From Desulfobacteraceae bacterium Eth-SRB1 (lineage in GTDB: Bacteria > Desulfobacterota > Desulfobacteria > Desulfobacterales > ETH-SRB1): a stretch of 64,000 nt of DNA. The translations under genes were made by a program, and so were the position numbers. This document shows, piece by piece, positions 45,623 through 55,158 of the stretch. Each line of letters begins with the position of its first letter. Position 1 is the first letter of the stretch. The notes beneath the pieces were generated by a model. That model saw nothing but the letters and a program-made list of their open reading frames with translations. It did not search any database and was not told the origin of the DNA. The stretch is from the NCBI GenBank assembly GCA_004193555.1, contig RPGP01000001.1:192114-256113 (forward strand), given 5' to 3'.

Positions 45623-46219
45623 ATGGATACAACAAGATTGATTATCGTGGCAGTCGGGGGACAGGGAAATCTGCTTACTACCCGGGTTATAGGAGAAGCA
45701 GCGCTCCTGTCCGGCACACCTGTCCGGATGAGTGAAATACACGGCATGGCACAGAGGGGCGGCGTTGTCGAATCTGCCGTTGTGTTTGGAGATGCGCAAA
45801 GCACTACCATTGCAGATGGCGAAGCAGACGCGCTTGTCGGCTTTGAGCCGTCTGAAACTCTCCGGGCAATAAATAAATGCAATTTAAACACTGTTGTTAT
45901 CACAAATCTTGCTACGCTCCCCCCTTTTACAGTAACCCTTGGGAAGAGTGTTTATCCTGATCTGAACGAACTGCAGGACCAGATCCGTGCAAAGACAGGT
46001 AATTTAATCGCTTTTGATGCCGCTGCCCTCGCAAAGGAAGCAGGAAATATCATGTCGGTGAACATGGTACTGTTAGGCTCTCTTATTCAGACAGATATTC
46101 TTCCCCTGTCTGCAAATAATGTAAAAGAGGCGATAAAGACAACAACAAAGAAAGCATTTGTGGGATCAAATTTAAAGGCTTTTGAGCTTGGTTTTACCGC
46201 CGCAAAAGAACTTGGTTAA
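45623..46219 (+). CDS. iorB: indolepyruvate:ferredoxin oxidoreductase beta subunit
   Basis: The ORF has VGGQGNLL and EIHGMAQRGG motifs. The start is set at MDTTRLII. Confidence 0.85.
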   Translation: MDTTRLIIVAVGGQGNLLTTRVIGEAALLSGTPVRMSEIHGMAQRGGVVESAVVFGDAQSTTIADGEADALVGFEPSETLRAINKCNLNTVVITNLATLPPFTVTLGKSVYPDLNELQDQIRAKTGNLIAFDAAALAKEAGNIMSVNMVLLGSLIQTDILPLSANNVKEAIKTTTKKAFVGSNLKAFELGFTAAKELG

Positions 46220-46230
46220 GAAGTTTTTCG

Positions 46231-47238
46231 ATGAATATTAAAAAAAGATTATATTTTGTGTTGCTTGCTATTTTTGTAGTAATATCGGCAGGAAGCATAG
46301 GCTATTATATTCTGTTTGGCGGAAAACCAAAGTTTATAGATTGCATATTCATGACGGTAATTTCATTGACCAGCGTTGGTTACGGTGAGATTCTTCAGGT
46401 TACAGGCAATGCTACTGCACAGATATTTACCATGATTCTCATCACCTTTGGGATGGGAATCTTACTCTATGGCATAAGTACCATGACGGCACTGTTGGTT
46501 GAGGGAGATCTCTCCGGAATATTGAGGAAAAAACAGATGGATAAACAGATAAAGAAGTTAAATAACCATTATATCGTCTGCGGCGGCGGCGAAACAGGAT
46601 GCCCCCTTATTGCCGAACTTATCAAAAATCGTGAACAGGTGGTTCTGATAGAGCTTGATGAAAAAAATATTGAGCGGTGCAGCCAGACGGAAAACCTGCT
46701 CTACGTCAAAGGGGATGCCACAGATGATCAGAATCTTTTGGACGCAGGGATTGAAAGAGCAGCTGGGATTATCATCGCCCTTCCTTCTGATAAGGACAAC
46801 CTTTATATTACAATGACCGCGAGAATGCTCAACAAAAAGATACGGATAATAAGCAAAATGATAAATCAGGAGCTGAAACCAAAACTCAAAAAGGCCGGAG
46901 CAAACAGTGTTGTATCACCGAATTTCATCGGTGCGCTTCGCATGGCTTCTGAAATGATCCGTCCCGCGGCCGTTGATTTTCTTGACAGCATGCTGCGCAG
47001 GAAGGGGTCTCATTTAAGAATTCATCAAATAGCTGTTTCAGAAAAAACCGGCGCTGTGGGGAAAAAAATTAGTGAGTCAGGAATAAAAGACAAGTTCGAT
47101 CTACTTGTTCTTGGAGCAAGGCAATATGGGGAAGAAATCGAATTTAACCCTCCTCCTTCAATGATCCTTAAAGAGGGAATTACTCTGATAGTGATGGGAG
47201 AAGTTGATAATATCGCCAGGGCAAAAAAGGCATTATAA
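46231..47238 (+). CDS. potassium channel protein with TrkA-N/TrkA-C (RCK) domains
   Basis: The selectivity filter is TSVGYGE. A Rossmann GGGETG motif and a C-terminal TrkA-C-like region are present. Confidence 0.8.
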   Translation: MNIKKRLYFVLLAIFVVISAGSIGYYILFGGKPKFIDCIFMTVISLTSVGYGEILQVTGNATAQIFTMILITFGMGILLYGISTMTALLVEGDLSGILRKKQMDKQIKKLNNHYIVCGGGETGCPLIAELIKNREQVVLIELDEKNIERCSQTENLLYVKGDATDDQNLLDAGIERAAGIIIALPSDKDNLYITMTARMLNKKIRIISKMINQELKPKLKKAGANSVVSPNFIGALRMASEMIRPAAVDFLDSMLRRKGSHLRIHQIAVSEKTGAVGKKISESGIKDKFDLLVLGARQYGEEIEFNPPPSMILKEGITLIVMGEVDNIARAKKAL

Positions 47239-47353
47239 CAGGTGTCGGGCTTAAATTTTTAGCTTTTACCATCTATACCTCGAAATGCCACGACTCCCGA
47301 GGTATAACGCTCAACATTCAACGTGTTTCATAATTTCATAGAGAAATATCTCC

Positions 47354-49555
47354 ATGCTTACCGATCTTGAAGGTCAAATCGAGGGAATTACATATACCAG
47401 CGAGGAAAGCGGCTTTACCATTGTCAGGGTAAGGGTGCATGGGCAGCGCGGCACAGTAACCGTGGTCGGAAACCTGATGTCTCCATGCACCGGAGAAGTA
47501 CTCAGAATGAAAGGGGAATGGATAAACCATCCCAGGTATGGAAGGCAGTTTAAGGTGATGCATTATAAAACAGAGGTTCCGGCCTCTATTGATGGCATCA
47601 GAAAATATTTGGGCTCCGGACTCATAAAAGGCATAGGCCCTGTCATAGCAAAACGTATTGTAAAAAAATTCGGCAAAATGACCCTTGCCATCATAGAGGA
47701 TGAAATCGAGAGGTTAGCGAAAGTTGATGGCATAGGAAAAAACCGTCTGTCAATGATTAAAACAGCCTGGGAGGAGCAGAAAGATATACGGGATGTAATG
47801 CTGTTTTTGCAAACACACGGAGTAGGTTCAGGGTATGCGGTCAAAATATTCAAAAAGTATGGAAACAGGTCAATACAGGCTGTAAAAGAAAATCCGTATC
47901 GTCTTGCAACCGATATTTTTGGGATCGGGTTTATAACGGCAGACAGCATTGCAGACAAACTCGGTTTTTCCAGAAATTCCGAATTAAGGGCTAAGGCAGG
48001 CATACTCTATGTTATGCGTCAGCTCGCAGATGACGGACATGTTTACTACCCTTATGAACCGCTTGTAGCAAAGTGCATGGAAACACTTCAGGTTGACAGG
48101 GAGATTATTATCAGGGCTATTGGATCAATTGCCATTGAAGGAATGATAATTATTGATGATCTGAATGATAATATTGAAGAATTCAGGAAAAACAATAAGG
48201 CTGTTTATCTGCCTGTTTTTTATTTCAGCGAAGTCAAAACAGCCGCTATATTAAAAAAACTGGTGAACACTCCCAAAATGATCCGCGATGTCAATGTGGC
48301 AAAGGCAATAGAGTGGGTGCAAAACAGACTTGTTGTTAACCTGGCGGAAAATCAGATTGCGGCGATAAAAGGTTCCCTTGAAAATAAAGTCATGGTCATT
48401 ACCGGTGGCCCCGGTACAGGCAAAACAACTATTATCAATGCTGTGTTAAAGATAATTTCCAGGCTTAAAGTAAAAACATTGCTTGCTGCGCCTACAGGAA
48501 GGGCTGCAAAACAAATGAGTGAAACCACAGGTCACAAAGCTGTGACTATTCACCGTTTGTTAGAATTCAGCTTTCAAAAAGGAGGTTTCCAGAAAAATGA
48601 GAAAAATCTTCTGAATTGCGGACTGTTGATTATTGATGAAGCTTCGATGATCGACCAAGTCCTGATGCATCACCTTTTAAAGGCTATTCCTTACAGCGCC
48701 GCTCTTATTGTTGTCGGTGATGTGAATCAGCTTCCCTCTGTAGGAGCCGGAAATGTCCTCAATGATATTATCGCATCCGGTATAGCGCCTGTAATAGAGC
48801 TTACAGATATTTTCCGTCAGGCCAGGGAAAGCCGGATTATTGTAAATGCCCATAAGATAAACAGCGGTATTATCCCTGACCTTGAACCACAAGACGCTTC
48901 CGGCTTAAAGAATGACTTCTACTTTATCCGGCAGGAAGATCCTGAGAAGGCGCTCAAGATTATTATAGAGCTTGTTAAGGAACGTATTCCGCTACGCTTC
49001 GGTTTTGACCCTTTCGATGATATTCAGGTGTTGACCCCCATGCACAGGGGTATTGTCGGGGCTGAAAATCTCAATGCAAAATTACAAAAAGCGTTAAATC
49101 CCGGCAAAGATCAAATAATGCGTGGGAATAGAAACTACAGGGTCAACGACAAGGTAATGCAGATAAAAAATAATTATGAAAAGGATATTTTTAATGGCGA
49201 TATCGGCAGAATTGTCGGGATTTCTCATGAAGATCAGGAAGTAATTATCTCTTTTGATGGTCGAAATATTTTATACAAACTATCAGACCTGGATGAAATT
49301 ATTCTTGCCTATGCTGTTTCCGTTCATAAGTCACAGGGTTCTGAATATCCTGCCGTGATAATACCTGTCCTTACTCAGCATTATATACTATTGCAGCGTA
49401 ATCTAATTTATACGGCAGTTACAAGAGGCCGGAAGTTGGTGGTAATGGTAGGCACAGGGAAGGCTCTGGCAATTGGGGTGAATAACAACAAAACGCAAAG
49501 GCGTTATACATATTTAAAGCATAGACTGAACGTGAACAGTTACCAGAAATTGTAA
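47354..49555 (+). CDS. recD2: RecD2-like SF1B ATP-dependent DNA helicase
   Basis: Walker A is GGPGTGKTT. The IIDEASM, VGDVNQLPSV and SVHKSQGSEY motifs are present. The ORF is 733 aa. Confidence 0.9.
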   Translation: MLTDLEGQIEGITYTSEESGFTIVRVRVHGQRGTVTVVGNLMSPCTGEVLRMKGEWINHPRYGRQFKVMHYKTEVPASIDGIRKYLGSGLIKGIGPVIAKRIVKKFGKMTLAIIEDEIERLAKVDGIGKNRLSMIKTAWEEQKDIRDVMLFLQTHGVGSGYAVKIFKKYGNRSIQAVKENPYRLATDIFGIGFITADSIADKLGFSRNSELRAKAGILYVMRQLADDGHVYYPYEPLVAKCMETLQVDREIIIRAIGSIAIEGMIIIDDLNDNIEEFRKNNKAVYLPVFYFSEVKTAAILKKLVNTPKMIRDVNVAKAIEWVQNRLVVNLAENQIAAIKGSLENKVMVITGGPGTGKTTIINAVLKIISRLKVKTLLAAPTGRAAKQMSETTGHKAVTIHRLLEFSFQKGGFQKNEKNLLNCGLLIIDEASMIDQVLMHHLLKAIPYSAALIVVGDVNQLPSVGAGNVLNDIIASGIAPVIELTDIFRQARESRIIVNAHKINSGIIPDLEPQDASGLKNDFYFIRQEDPEKALKIIIELVKERIPLRFGFDPFDDIQVLTPMHRGIVGAENLNAKLQKALNPGKDQIMRGNRNYRVNDKVMQIKNNYEKDIFNGDIGRIVGISHEDQEVIISFDGRNILYKLSDLDEIILAYAVSVHKSQGSEYPAVIIPVLTQHYILLQRNLIYTAVTRGRKLVVMVGTGKALAIGVNNNKTQRRYTYLKHRLNVNSYQKL

Positions 49556-49566
49556 CTGTTCACGTT
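49529..49566. repeat. 15-bp perfect hairpin of the GTGAACAGTTAC family spanning the recD2 stop codon
   Basis: aacgtgaacagttac pairs with gtaactgttcacgtt around an 8-nt loop. Related units occur at 6700-6780, 20466-20495 and 42380-42460. Confidence 0.8.
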
Positions 49567-49600
49567 GTTAGATTGAAAGCTGCAGGCTGATGAATATTAA

Positions 49601-50881
49601 TTATCCCTTTTTCCCCAACTTGATCGCACAGAACTCCCCGCACATGGTACATCCCTCTTTGCTTGCGCTTTCACTGGTTTCCAGAAGCGCCCCGGCCTTA
49701 TCAGGATCAATGGACATATTTACCTGTTCTTCCCAGTTAAATTCATTTCTGTACTTTGCCATCAGCAGATCTTTTTCAAGCGCTCCATGAACCCCCTTGG
49801 CAATGTCTGCAATATGAGCGGCAATCCTTGATGCTATGATGCCTTCCTTGACATCTTCTATGGTCGGAAGTCTCAGATGCTCTGACGGGGTGACATAACA
49901 AAGAAAGTCTGCGCCTGCTGATGCGGCAATGGCTCCTCCCACAGCCGCAGTAATGTGATCATAGCCGGGAGCTATGTCTGTTGGAAGAGGGCCAAGCACA
50001 TAAAATGGAGCTCCATGGCAGATACTTTTTTCCAGCTCAACATTAGCCTGTATCTCTTTTATTGGAACATGCCCAGGTCCTTCTATCATAACCTGAACCC
50101 CCTTATCTCTTGCTCTCTTTGTGAGTTCACCTAAAATAAGGAGTTCTTCAACCTGTCCTCTATCAGTCGCATCAGCAATGCAGCCTGGTCTCAAGCCATC
50201 GCCAAGGCTGAGAACCATGTCATAGGAAGCAGCTATTTTAAGCAGCCTGTCGTATTGTTCATACAGAGGGTTTTCACATTTGTTATATTCCATCCATTTT
50301 GATAAAAAGGTTCCTCCCCTGCTGACAATACCGAGACGACGCCCCTCTTTCTCAATGCAACTTACGCTTCTTTTTGTCACGCCGCAATGGACGGTAATAA
50401 AATCTACGCCGTCTTCCCCATTTTCTTCAATGACCTCAAACATGTCATCAGCGCTCATCTCCACAATAGCTTTTTTTGAATTAAGCATCTCAACAGCCGC
50501 CTGGTATATGGGAACGGTTCCGATAGTTAGCAACGACTCTTTTAAGATGGCTTTTCTTATCTTTCCTATATCACCGCCCGTTGAAAGATCCATTATAGTA
50601 TCGGCTCCTGCGGCAATAGATATCCTTACCTTTTCAAGCTCCAGATCCACATCAATACGGTCTTTTGATGTGCCGATATTAGAGTTGACCTTTGTTCTGA
50701 GTCCCCTGCCGATGGCAATAGGCAAAACAGAGGTATGTTTTATGTTTCTTATTACTACAATATTGCCATCTTCAACGCCTTTGCGGATAAATTCCGGCTC
50801 AACACCTTCGCGCCCGGCGCATATCTCCATTTCTTCAGAAATTTTATTTTTACGCGCTATTTCTAATTGAGTCATACTCAA
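49601..50881 (-). CDS. thiC: phosphomethylpyrimidine synthase ThiC
   Basis: The 426-aa ORF has a conserved ThiC core and the C-terminal CTMCGEFCA cluster motif. Confidence 0.95.
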   Translation of the reverse strand: MSMTQLEIARKNKISEEMEICAGREGVEPEFIRKGVEDGNIVVIRNIKHTSVLPIAIGRGLRTKVNSNIGTSKDRIDVDLELEKVRISIAAGADTIMDLSTGGDIGKIRKAILKESLLTIGTVPIYQAAVEMLNSKKAIVEMSADDMFEVIEENGEDGVDFITVHCGVTKRSVSCIEKEGRRLGIVSRGGTFLSKWMEYNKCENPLYEQYDRLLKIAASYDMVLSLGDGLRPGCIADATDRGQVEELLILGELTKRARDKGVQVMIEGPGHVPIKEIQANVELEKSICHGAPFYVLGPLPTDIAPGYDHITAAVGGAIAASAGADFLCYVTPSEHLRLPTIEDVKEGIIASRIAAHIADIAKGVHGALEKDLLMAKYRNEFNWEEQVNMSIDPDKAGALLETSESASKEGCTMCGEFCAIKLGKKG

Positions 50882-50900
50882 CCCCCTTGATTATTATCAA

Positions 50901-51000
50901 TGAACTTAGCGCCTTTCGGGCGCACGTTAGCGCCTGAAGTGAGCTAACGTATATTAAAGTGCCTAAAGTTAAGGAATTCTGCCATTTTTAGCTCACTTTT
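50901..51000. repeat. degenerate CTAAAGT-type element between thi4 and thiC
   Basis: The element reads gcgcctttcgggcgc hairpin, gtgagctaacgtatattaaagtgcctaaagttaagg, then agctcac. Confidence 0.65.
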
Positions 51001-51007
51001 TGCCCAT

Positions 51008-51796
51008 CTATTCGGATTTATTCTGATCTTCTGCAACAATAAGTTCCGCCACCTTTTTCCCGGAAAGAAGCATTCCGCCGAACACAGGTCCCATTCTGGG
51101 GCCGCCAAAAGCAGCATTAGCGGACATTCCGGCCACAAAAACTCCTGGGCAGATTTTTTTTGTATTTTCAATCGTGAGCCTTTCCGCCTTATCAGCCCAG
51201 AGAGAACGTTCGCCCATTACTTTTCCGGTTTTTGTGTTTAATTTCATATCTGCTTTTCGTTCAATCACACGAAGCACCTCATTAGCATGTCCGGTTGTAT
51301 CAACAATATTTTCTGCTTTGATAGTAAGAGGATCCACATGAAGACCGGCTGCTTCAACCGGCGACCAGGTAATAACAAGACCGGCGACACGATTCTCGCG
51401 GATCATGACATCTTCAACGCTCATGCAATTAAAAACCTTTGCTCCAGCCCTGGTCGCATATGAAGCGATGGTTGTGATCGATTCAACGGCATCTGCCGTA
51501 TAATAGCCGGGTTGATACTCTTTGGTCCTTATTTTAAATATATCAAGTATCTCTTTGCCCTCTTTTTGCACAACTATCTCGTTAAACATCATTCCGCCGC
51601 CCCACATTCCACCGCCTACGCTTAATTTGCGCTCAAATATCGCCACTTTTTTGCCGGCCTTTGCAAGAAAGTATGCAGCTACAAGGCCTGAAGGGCCTGC
51701 GCCCACTATAGCCGTATCAACCTCCGTATATTCCAGAAATTTTTGCGAAAAGCGTTCAACTATTGCCCTGGTTATTGTAATTTCGTTTAACTCCAT
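51008..51796 (-). CDS. thi4: sulfide-dependent ADP-thiazole synthase (Thi4 family)
   Basis: The FAD/NAD motif is VGAGPSGL. The 262-aa ORF has Thi4/THI1 family architecture. Confidence 0.85.
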   Translation of the reverse strand: MELNEITITRAIVERFSQKFLEYTEVDTAIVGAGPSGLVAAYFLAKAGKKVAIFERKLSVGGGMWGGGMMFNEIVVQKEGKEILDIFKIRTKEYQPGYYTADAVESITTIASYATRAGAKVFNCMSVEDVMIRENRVAGLVITWSPVEAAGLHVDPLTIKAENIVDTTGHANEVLRVIERKADMKLNTKTGKVMGERSLWADKAERLTIENTKKICPGVFVAGMSANAAFGGPRMGPVFGGMLLSGKKVAELIVAEDQNKSE

Positions 51797-52130
51797 AATT
51801 TTTTCCTCCAGTTTGATAAAAAGACTTTTTTGATAGGATTAACAGGATATTCAGGATTAAAACATCAAAACTCATCCAGTCAATCCTCATTAAAATCCCT
51901 TACTTTGTTTTTGATTTTAGCTTTCCGTTCACCAAAACAAACAATTAAACCTTGTTTGTTCACTTGCAATCAAACCTTGTTTATCCCTGGCCCAGACCTT
52001 GTTTTGTAGAGCAGGCGTAAACAGCTCCAGTCAGGATACTTTACGGTTGCCCAGGTAGCTTGCAAGAAAGTCGCTCCAGGGCAGGCCTGTTATCCTGTCT
52101 GATTTTTTTCAAATGGCTAAAGTATTACGC

Positions 52131-53474
52131 TTATTTAAGTTTTTTTGATATATTCAGAACCTTATCAACAACAACATCAGGATGCTTTCCAAGGATTCTT
52201 ATCATCGGCTCCTTTCCCACATCACCCCGGTCAAAGATAATATCCGGGATTGTATCCCTGTTTGAAAGGATGGAATCTGTTCCCCATTCGAGCGAAGAGC
52301 CCTCTTTTGCCTTTATCTCTTTTGGTTCATCCGACCGGTCAAAGCTATCAATCTCATATCCCGATTCACTGCATATATTGAGAATATCTTTGGAAAACCT
52401 GATATTCATTGCGCAGCGAAAGTCGGGGTTATACTTCATTGTTGTCAGGATTATGTCGGCAATATGTCGTGATGCGCCAAAAGCAGGGTCTTTGAAAGTG
52501 CAGACATTTTCCTCGACTTTGATAATTCTTCCGGGAATAGCGGCCACATCATCTTCCGTCAACGCATATGGCAGAGCATAACCGAAGTTTGATTGCACCT
52601 CAGGGATTATATTTCCACATTTTTCAGCCTTTATTTTTTCAACAGCTTTTTTAAGATCTGTAATGCATGCATAGCGCTGGCTGTCTCGTAAAATTGGGGC
52701 AAAATGGTTTGTCGGGCCATGTCCTTTGCCAAGGCAAAGGGAAAACCGTAAGGCATCAGTGATATATTCCTTGGCCATTCTTACCGATTCAAGAACTGAT
52801 TTCTCCTTTGCAAGGAATGTGGCAATTGCCGCTGAATATGTACAACCTGTACCATGAGTATTTTTAGTGTCTATCCTTTCTGAAACAAACTCATGAAACT
52901 TTTTACCGTCATAGAGAATATCGACTGCATCTCCCCTGAGGTGGCCGCCCTTGACAACGACGTTTTTTGCTCCCAGACTGTGTATAATCTTCGCCGATTT
53001 TTTCATGTCATCAACAGAAGATATTTTGATTTTTGACAGAACTTCGGCTTCAGGAATGTTGGGAGTAACAACAAAGGCTAACGGCAAAAGTTCTTCCATC
53101 AGGGATTCTTTGGCCTCATCTTCTATCAGAAGAGCTCCTCCCTTGGCTACCATAACCGGATCTACAACAAGGATATCTATTTTGTATTCTCTTATCTTTT
53201 CAGCTATTACTTTAATTATTCGTGAGTTGGCAAGCATTCCGGTCTTGGCTGCATCGATTCCTATATCGGTTGCTACGGAATCAAACTGTTTCTCTACAAA
53301 ATTTTCCGGGATATCATAAATTCCCTGGACACCAAGGGTGTTTTGAGCGGTTAAGGCGGTTATCACACTCATTCCAAATCCGCCCAAAACGGTAATTGTC
53401 TTTAAATCCGCCTGAATTCCGGCTCCACCTCCGGAATCGGAACCGGCTATGGTCAAGACTCTTGCTATATTCAT
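52131..53474 (-). CDS. thiDN: bifunctional HMP/HMP-P kinase ThiD fused to ThiN-type thiamine-phosphate synthase (ThiDN)
   Basis: The N-terminal ThiD carries AGSDSGGGAGIQADL. The C-terminal ~170-aa ThiN-like domain carries IPEVQSNFGYA. Confidence 0.8.
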   Translation of the reverse strand: MNIARVLTIAGSDSGGGAGIQADLKTITVLGGFGMSVITALTAQNTLGVQGIYDIPENFVEKQFDSVATDIGIDAAKTGMLANSRIIKVIAEKIREYKIDILVVDPVMVAKGGALLIEDEAKESLMEELLPLAFVVTPNIPEAEVLSKIKISSVDDMKKSAKIIHSLGAKNVVVKGGHLRGDAVDILYDGKKFHEFVSERIDTKNTHGTGCTYSAAIATFLAKEKSVLESVRMAKEYITDALRFSLCLGKGHGPTNHFAPILRDSQRYACITDLKKAVEKIKAEKCGNIIPEVQSNFGYALPYALTEDDVAAIPGRIIKVEENVCTFKDPAFGASRHIADIILTTMKYNPDFRCAMNIRFSKDILNICSESGYEIDSFDRSDEPKEIKAKEGSSLEWGTDSILSNRDTIPDIIFDRGDVGKEPMIRILGKHPDVVVDKVLNISKKLK

Positions 53475-53502
53475 GACTGAACTCCTTTAAACAAAATAAA
53501 AA

Positions 53503-53580
53503 TATGAACGTCCAACACGTGTCTTGGCATAGCATTTGCGAAGCCGGATCGAACATTGAACGTCGAATAATGATGTCGCT
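53503..53580. repeat. partial/degenerate B-type element between the riboswitch terminator and thiDN start
   Basis: The sequence is atgaacgtccaacac...cgaacattgaacgtcgaataatgatgtcgct. No right arm is present. Confidence 0.6.
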
Positions 53581-53631
53581 GAGTTTATGCTGAGTAACCG
53601 AAGTGTTCTTCAAATTATTTTAAAATCGAAT

Positions 53632-53670
53632 AAAAAAAAGGCCACTACCCTCTGTGTCAGGAAATGGCCT
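53632..53670 (-). terminator. riboswitch expression-platform terminator
   Basis: On the minus strand the stem-loop ggccatttcctgacacagagggtagtggcc is followed by TTTTTTTT. Confidence 0.55.
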
Positions 53671-53697
53671 TTTTGAAAATAAATTGCTTGATTATTC

Positions 53698-53778
53698 AAC
53701 TGCCGCTCCCTACGCTGGTATAATCCAGGTCAGGTTCAAAGGGTATTTTCTCAGCCCTGTCAGGCACCCCCGCATATT
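53698..53778 (-). ncRNA. TPP (THI-box) riboswitch
   Basis: The minus-strand sequence is gggggtgcctgacagggctgagaaaataccctttgaacctgacctggattataccagcgtagggagcgg. It contains the conserved GGGGUGC, CUGAGA, ACCCUUUGAACCUGA and UACCAGCGUAGGGA elements. Confidence 0.9.
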
Positions 53779-53849
53779 TTTAATAATCTATCCGGCTTTA
53801 TCTATATAATCAAGCAATAATTTTACAACAGCTCTTTCTGTTTTCCGGG

Positions 53850-55010
53850 CTATCGCAAATAAATTCTTGGCACACGATCTGTTATTGTGGATACAATTTC
53901 ATAATTGATTGTCTTTAAAGTTGAGGCGATCTCATCGACTGTTATCAACTCATCACCCTGTTTGCCGAAAATTATCACTTCATCTCCAGGTGAAACCTCC
54001 GGGATATCCCCAACATCAAGCACGGTCATGTCCATACATACACGACCCACAACCGGCGCTCTGCGGCCGCATACCAGCATATGGCCACGGGAAGACAGCA
54101 GCCTGTTATATCCATCTGCATACCCGACAGGCACTGTTGCAATTGTTGTTGATTTTTTAGTCTCATAAGTTGCGCCGTAACTGACCTTGAAACCAGCAGG
54201 AACCCTTTTTAAGCTGATTATCTTAGCCTTAAGCTCCATCGCCGGTTTTAGCTCAACCCGGCTTTTATCCACTTCATCAGAGGTAAACAAGCCATAGATT
54301 GAAATGCCGGCGCGTACCATATCAAGATGTGTTTCCGGCATGTTTATTATTGCCGCGCTATTAGCAGCATGTTTCACCGGAATCTCAACTCCTGCAAGAT
54401 TAAGCCGGCTTAAAAAATCCATAAACATCTCAAACTGATATTCGGCATATGATCTATCAGTAATGTCTGCGGCAGCAAAGTGAGTAAATATGCCTTTCAG
54501 TTCCAGGTGTTGTAAACCCGCTATTGCCTCGACTTCACTTACCGCACTGCCGTCAACACCATGGTCCGGCGCTAAGGACCGGAATCTGTCCGGCAGCAGC
54601 CCTAATCTTCCCATCCCGGTATCTACTTTAATGTGAACTTTGATTTTTTTGCCTGTCGTTCCTGCCGCAACAGAAAGGGCTTCGGCGTTCCGGTAGGAAT
54701 AAACTGTTTGTGTGAGATCAAACTCAACAAGCTTTTTGGCCATATCCGGTGGTGTATAACTGAAAACAAGAACCGGCGCATCAAGTCCGGCCTTTCTGAT
54801 CTGAATCCCCTCGCTTGCCCTTGCCACGCCTAAGGCTTCCGCTCCATGTTGCAGCGCCTGGTCGGCCACTTCTATGATGCCGTGCCCATAGGCATTGGCC
54901 TTTACAACAGCCATCAGGCGAGCTTCCGGCGCAATAATACGTCTCAGCTCACGCACATTGTGAGCAATAGCCTTCAGGTCAATTTCCGCCCATATAATTG
55001 GAGAATCCAA
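53850..55010 (-). CDS. alr: alanine racemase
   Basis: The PLP site is AVVKANAYGHG. The ORF has the C-terminal beta domain and is 386 aa. Confidence 0.9.
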   Translation of the reverse strand: MDSPIIWAEIDLKAIAHNVRELRRIIAPEARLMAVVKANAYGHGIIEVADQALQHGAEALGVARASEGIQIRKAGLDAPVLVFSYTPPDMAKKLVEFDLTQTVYSYRNAEALSVAAGTTGKKIKVHIKVDTGMGRLGLLPDRFRSLAPDHGVDGSAVSEVEAIAGLQHLELKGIFTHFAAADITDRSYAEYQFEMFMDFLSRLNLAGVEIPVKHAANSAAIINMPETHLDMVRAGISIYGLFTSDEVDKSRVELKPAMELKAKIISLKRVPAGFKVSYGATYETKKSTTIATVPVGYADGYNRLLSSRGHMLVCGRRAPVVGRVCMDMTVLDVGDIPEVSPGDEVIIFGKQGDELITVDEIASTLKTINYEIVSTITDRVPRIYLR

Positions 55011-55025
55011 CAGATCACCTCAATA

Positions 55026-55158
55026 TTGATGGCTTCGTAAAAAGTGGTTTTTCGACTTTTTACGAACAGTGTTAAGTGTTAAGATCTTGATATGACAGTT
55101 AAATGTTTAATCTTAACACCTGACACCTGATGAATTCGACTTTTTACGAATTCATCAA
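55026..55158. repeat. composite of three consecutive module hairpins filling the alr-truA gap
   Basis: The first hairpin is cttcgtaaaaagt/actttttacgaa. The second is gtgttaagtgttaag/cttaacacctgacac. The third is tgatgaattcg/cgaattcatca, which overlaps the truA stop. Confidence 0.75.

Noticed and set aside
51797-52130. I looked for a second TPP riboswitch upstream of thi4, and also at 50882-51007 upstream of thiC.
   Set aside because: I searched both strands for the CUGAGA and ACCUGAUCUGGAUAAUGCCAGCG-like elements. Only the copy at 53698-53778 has them. A covariance-model scan would be decisive.
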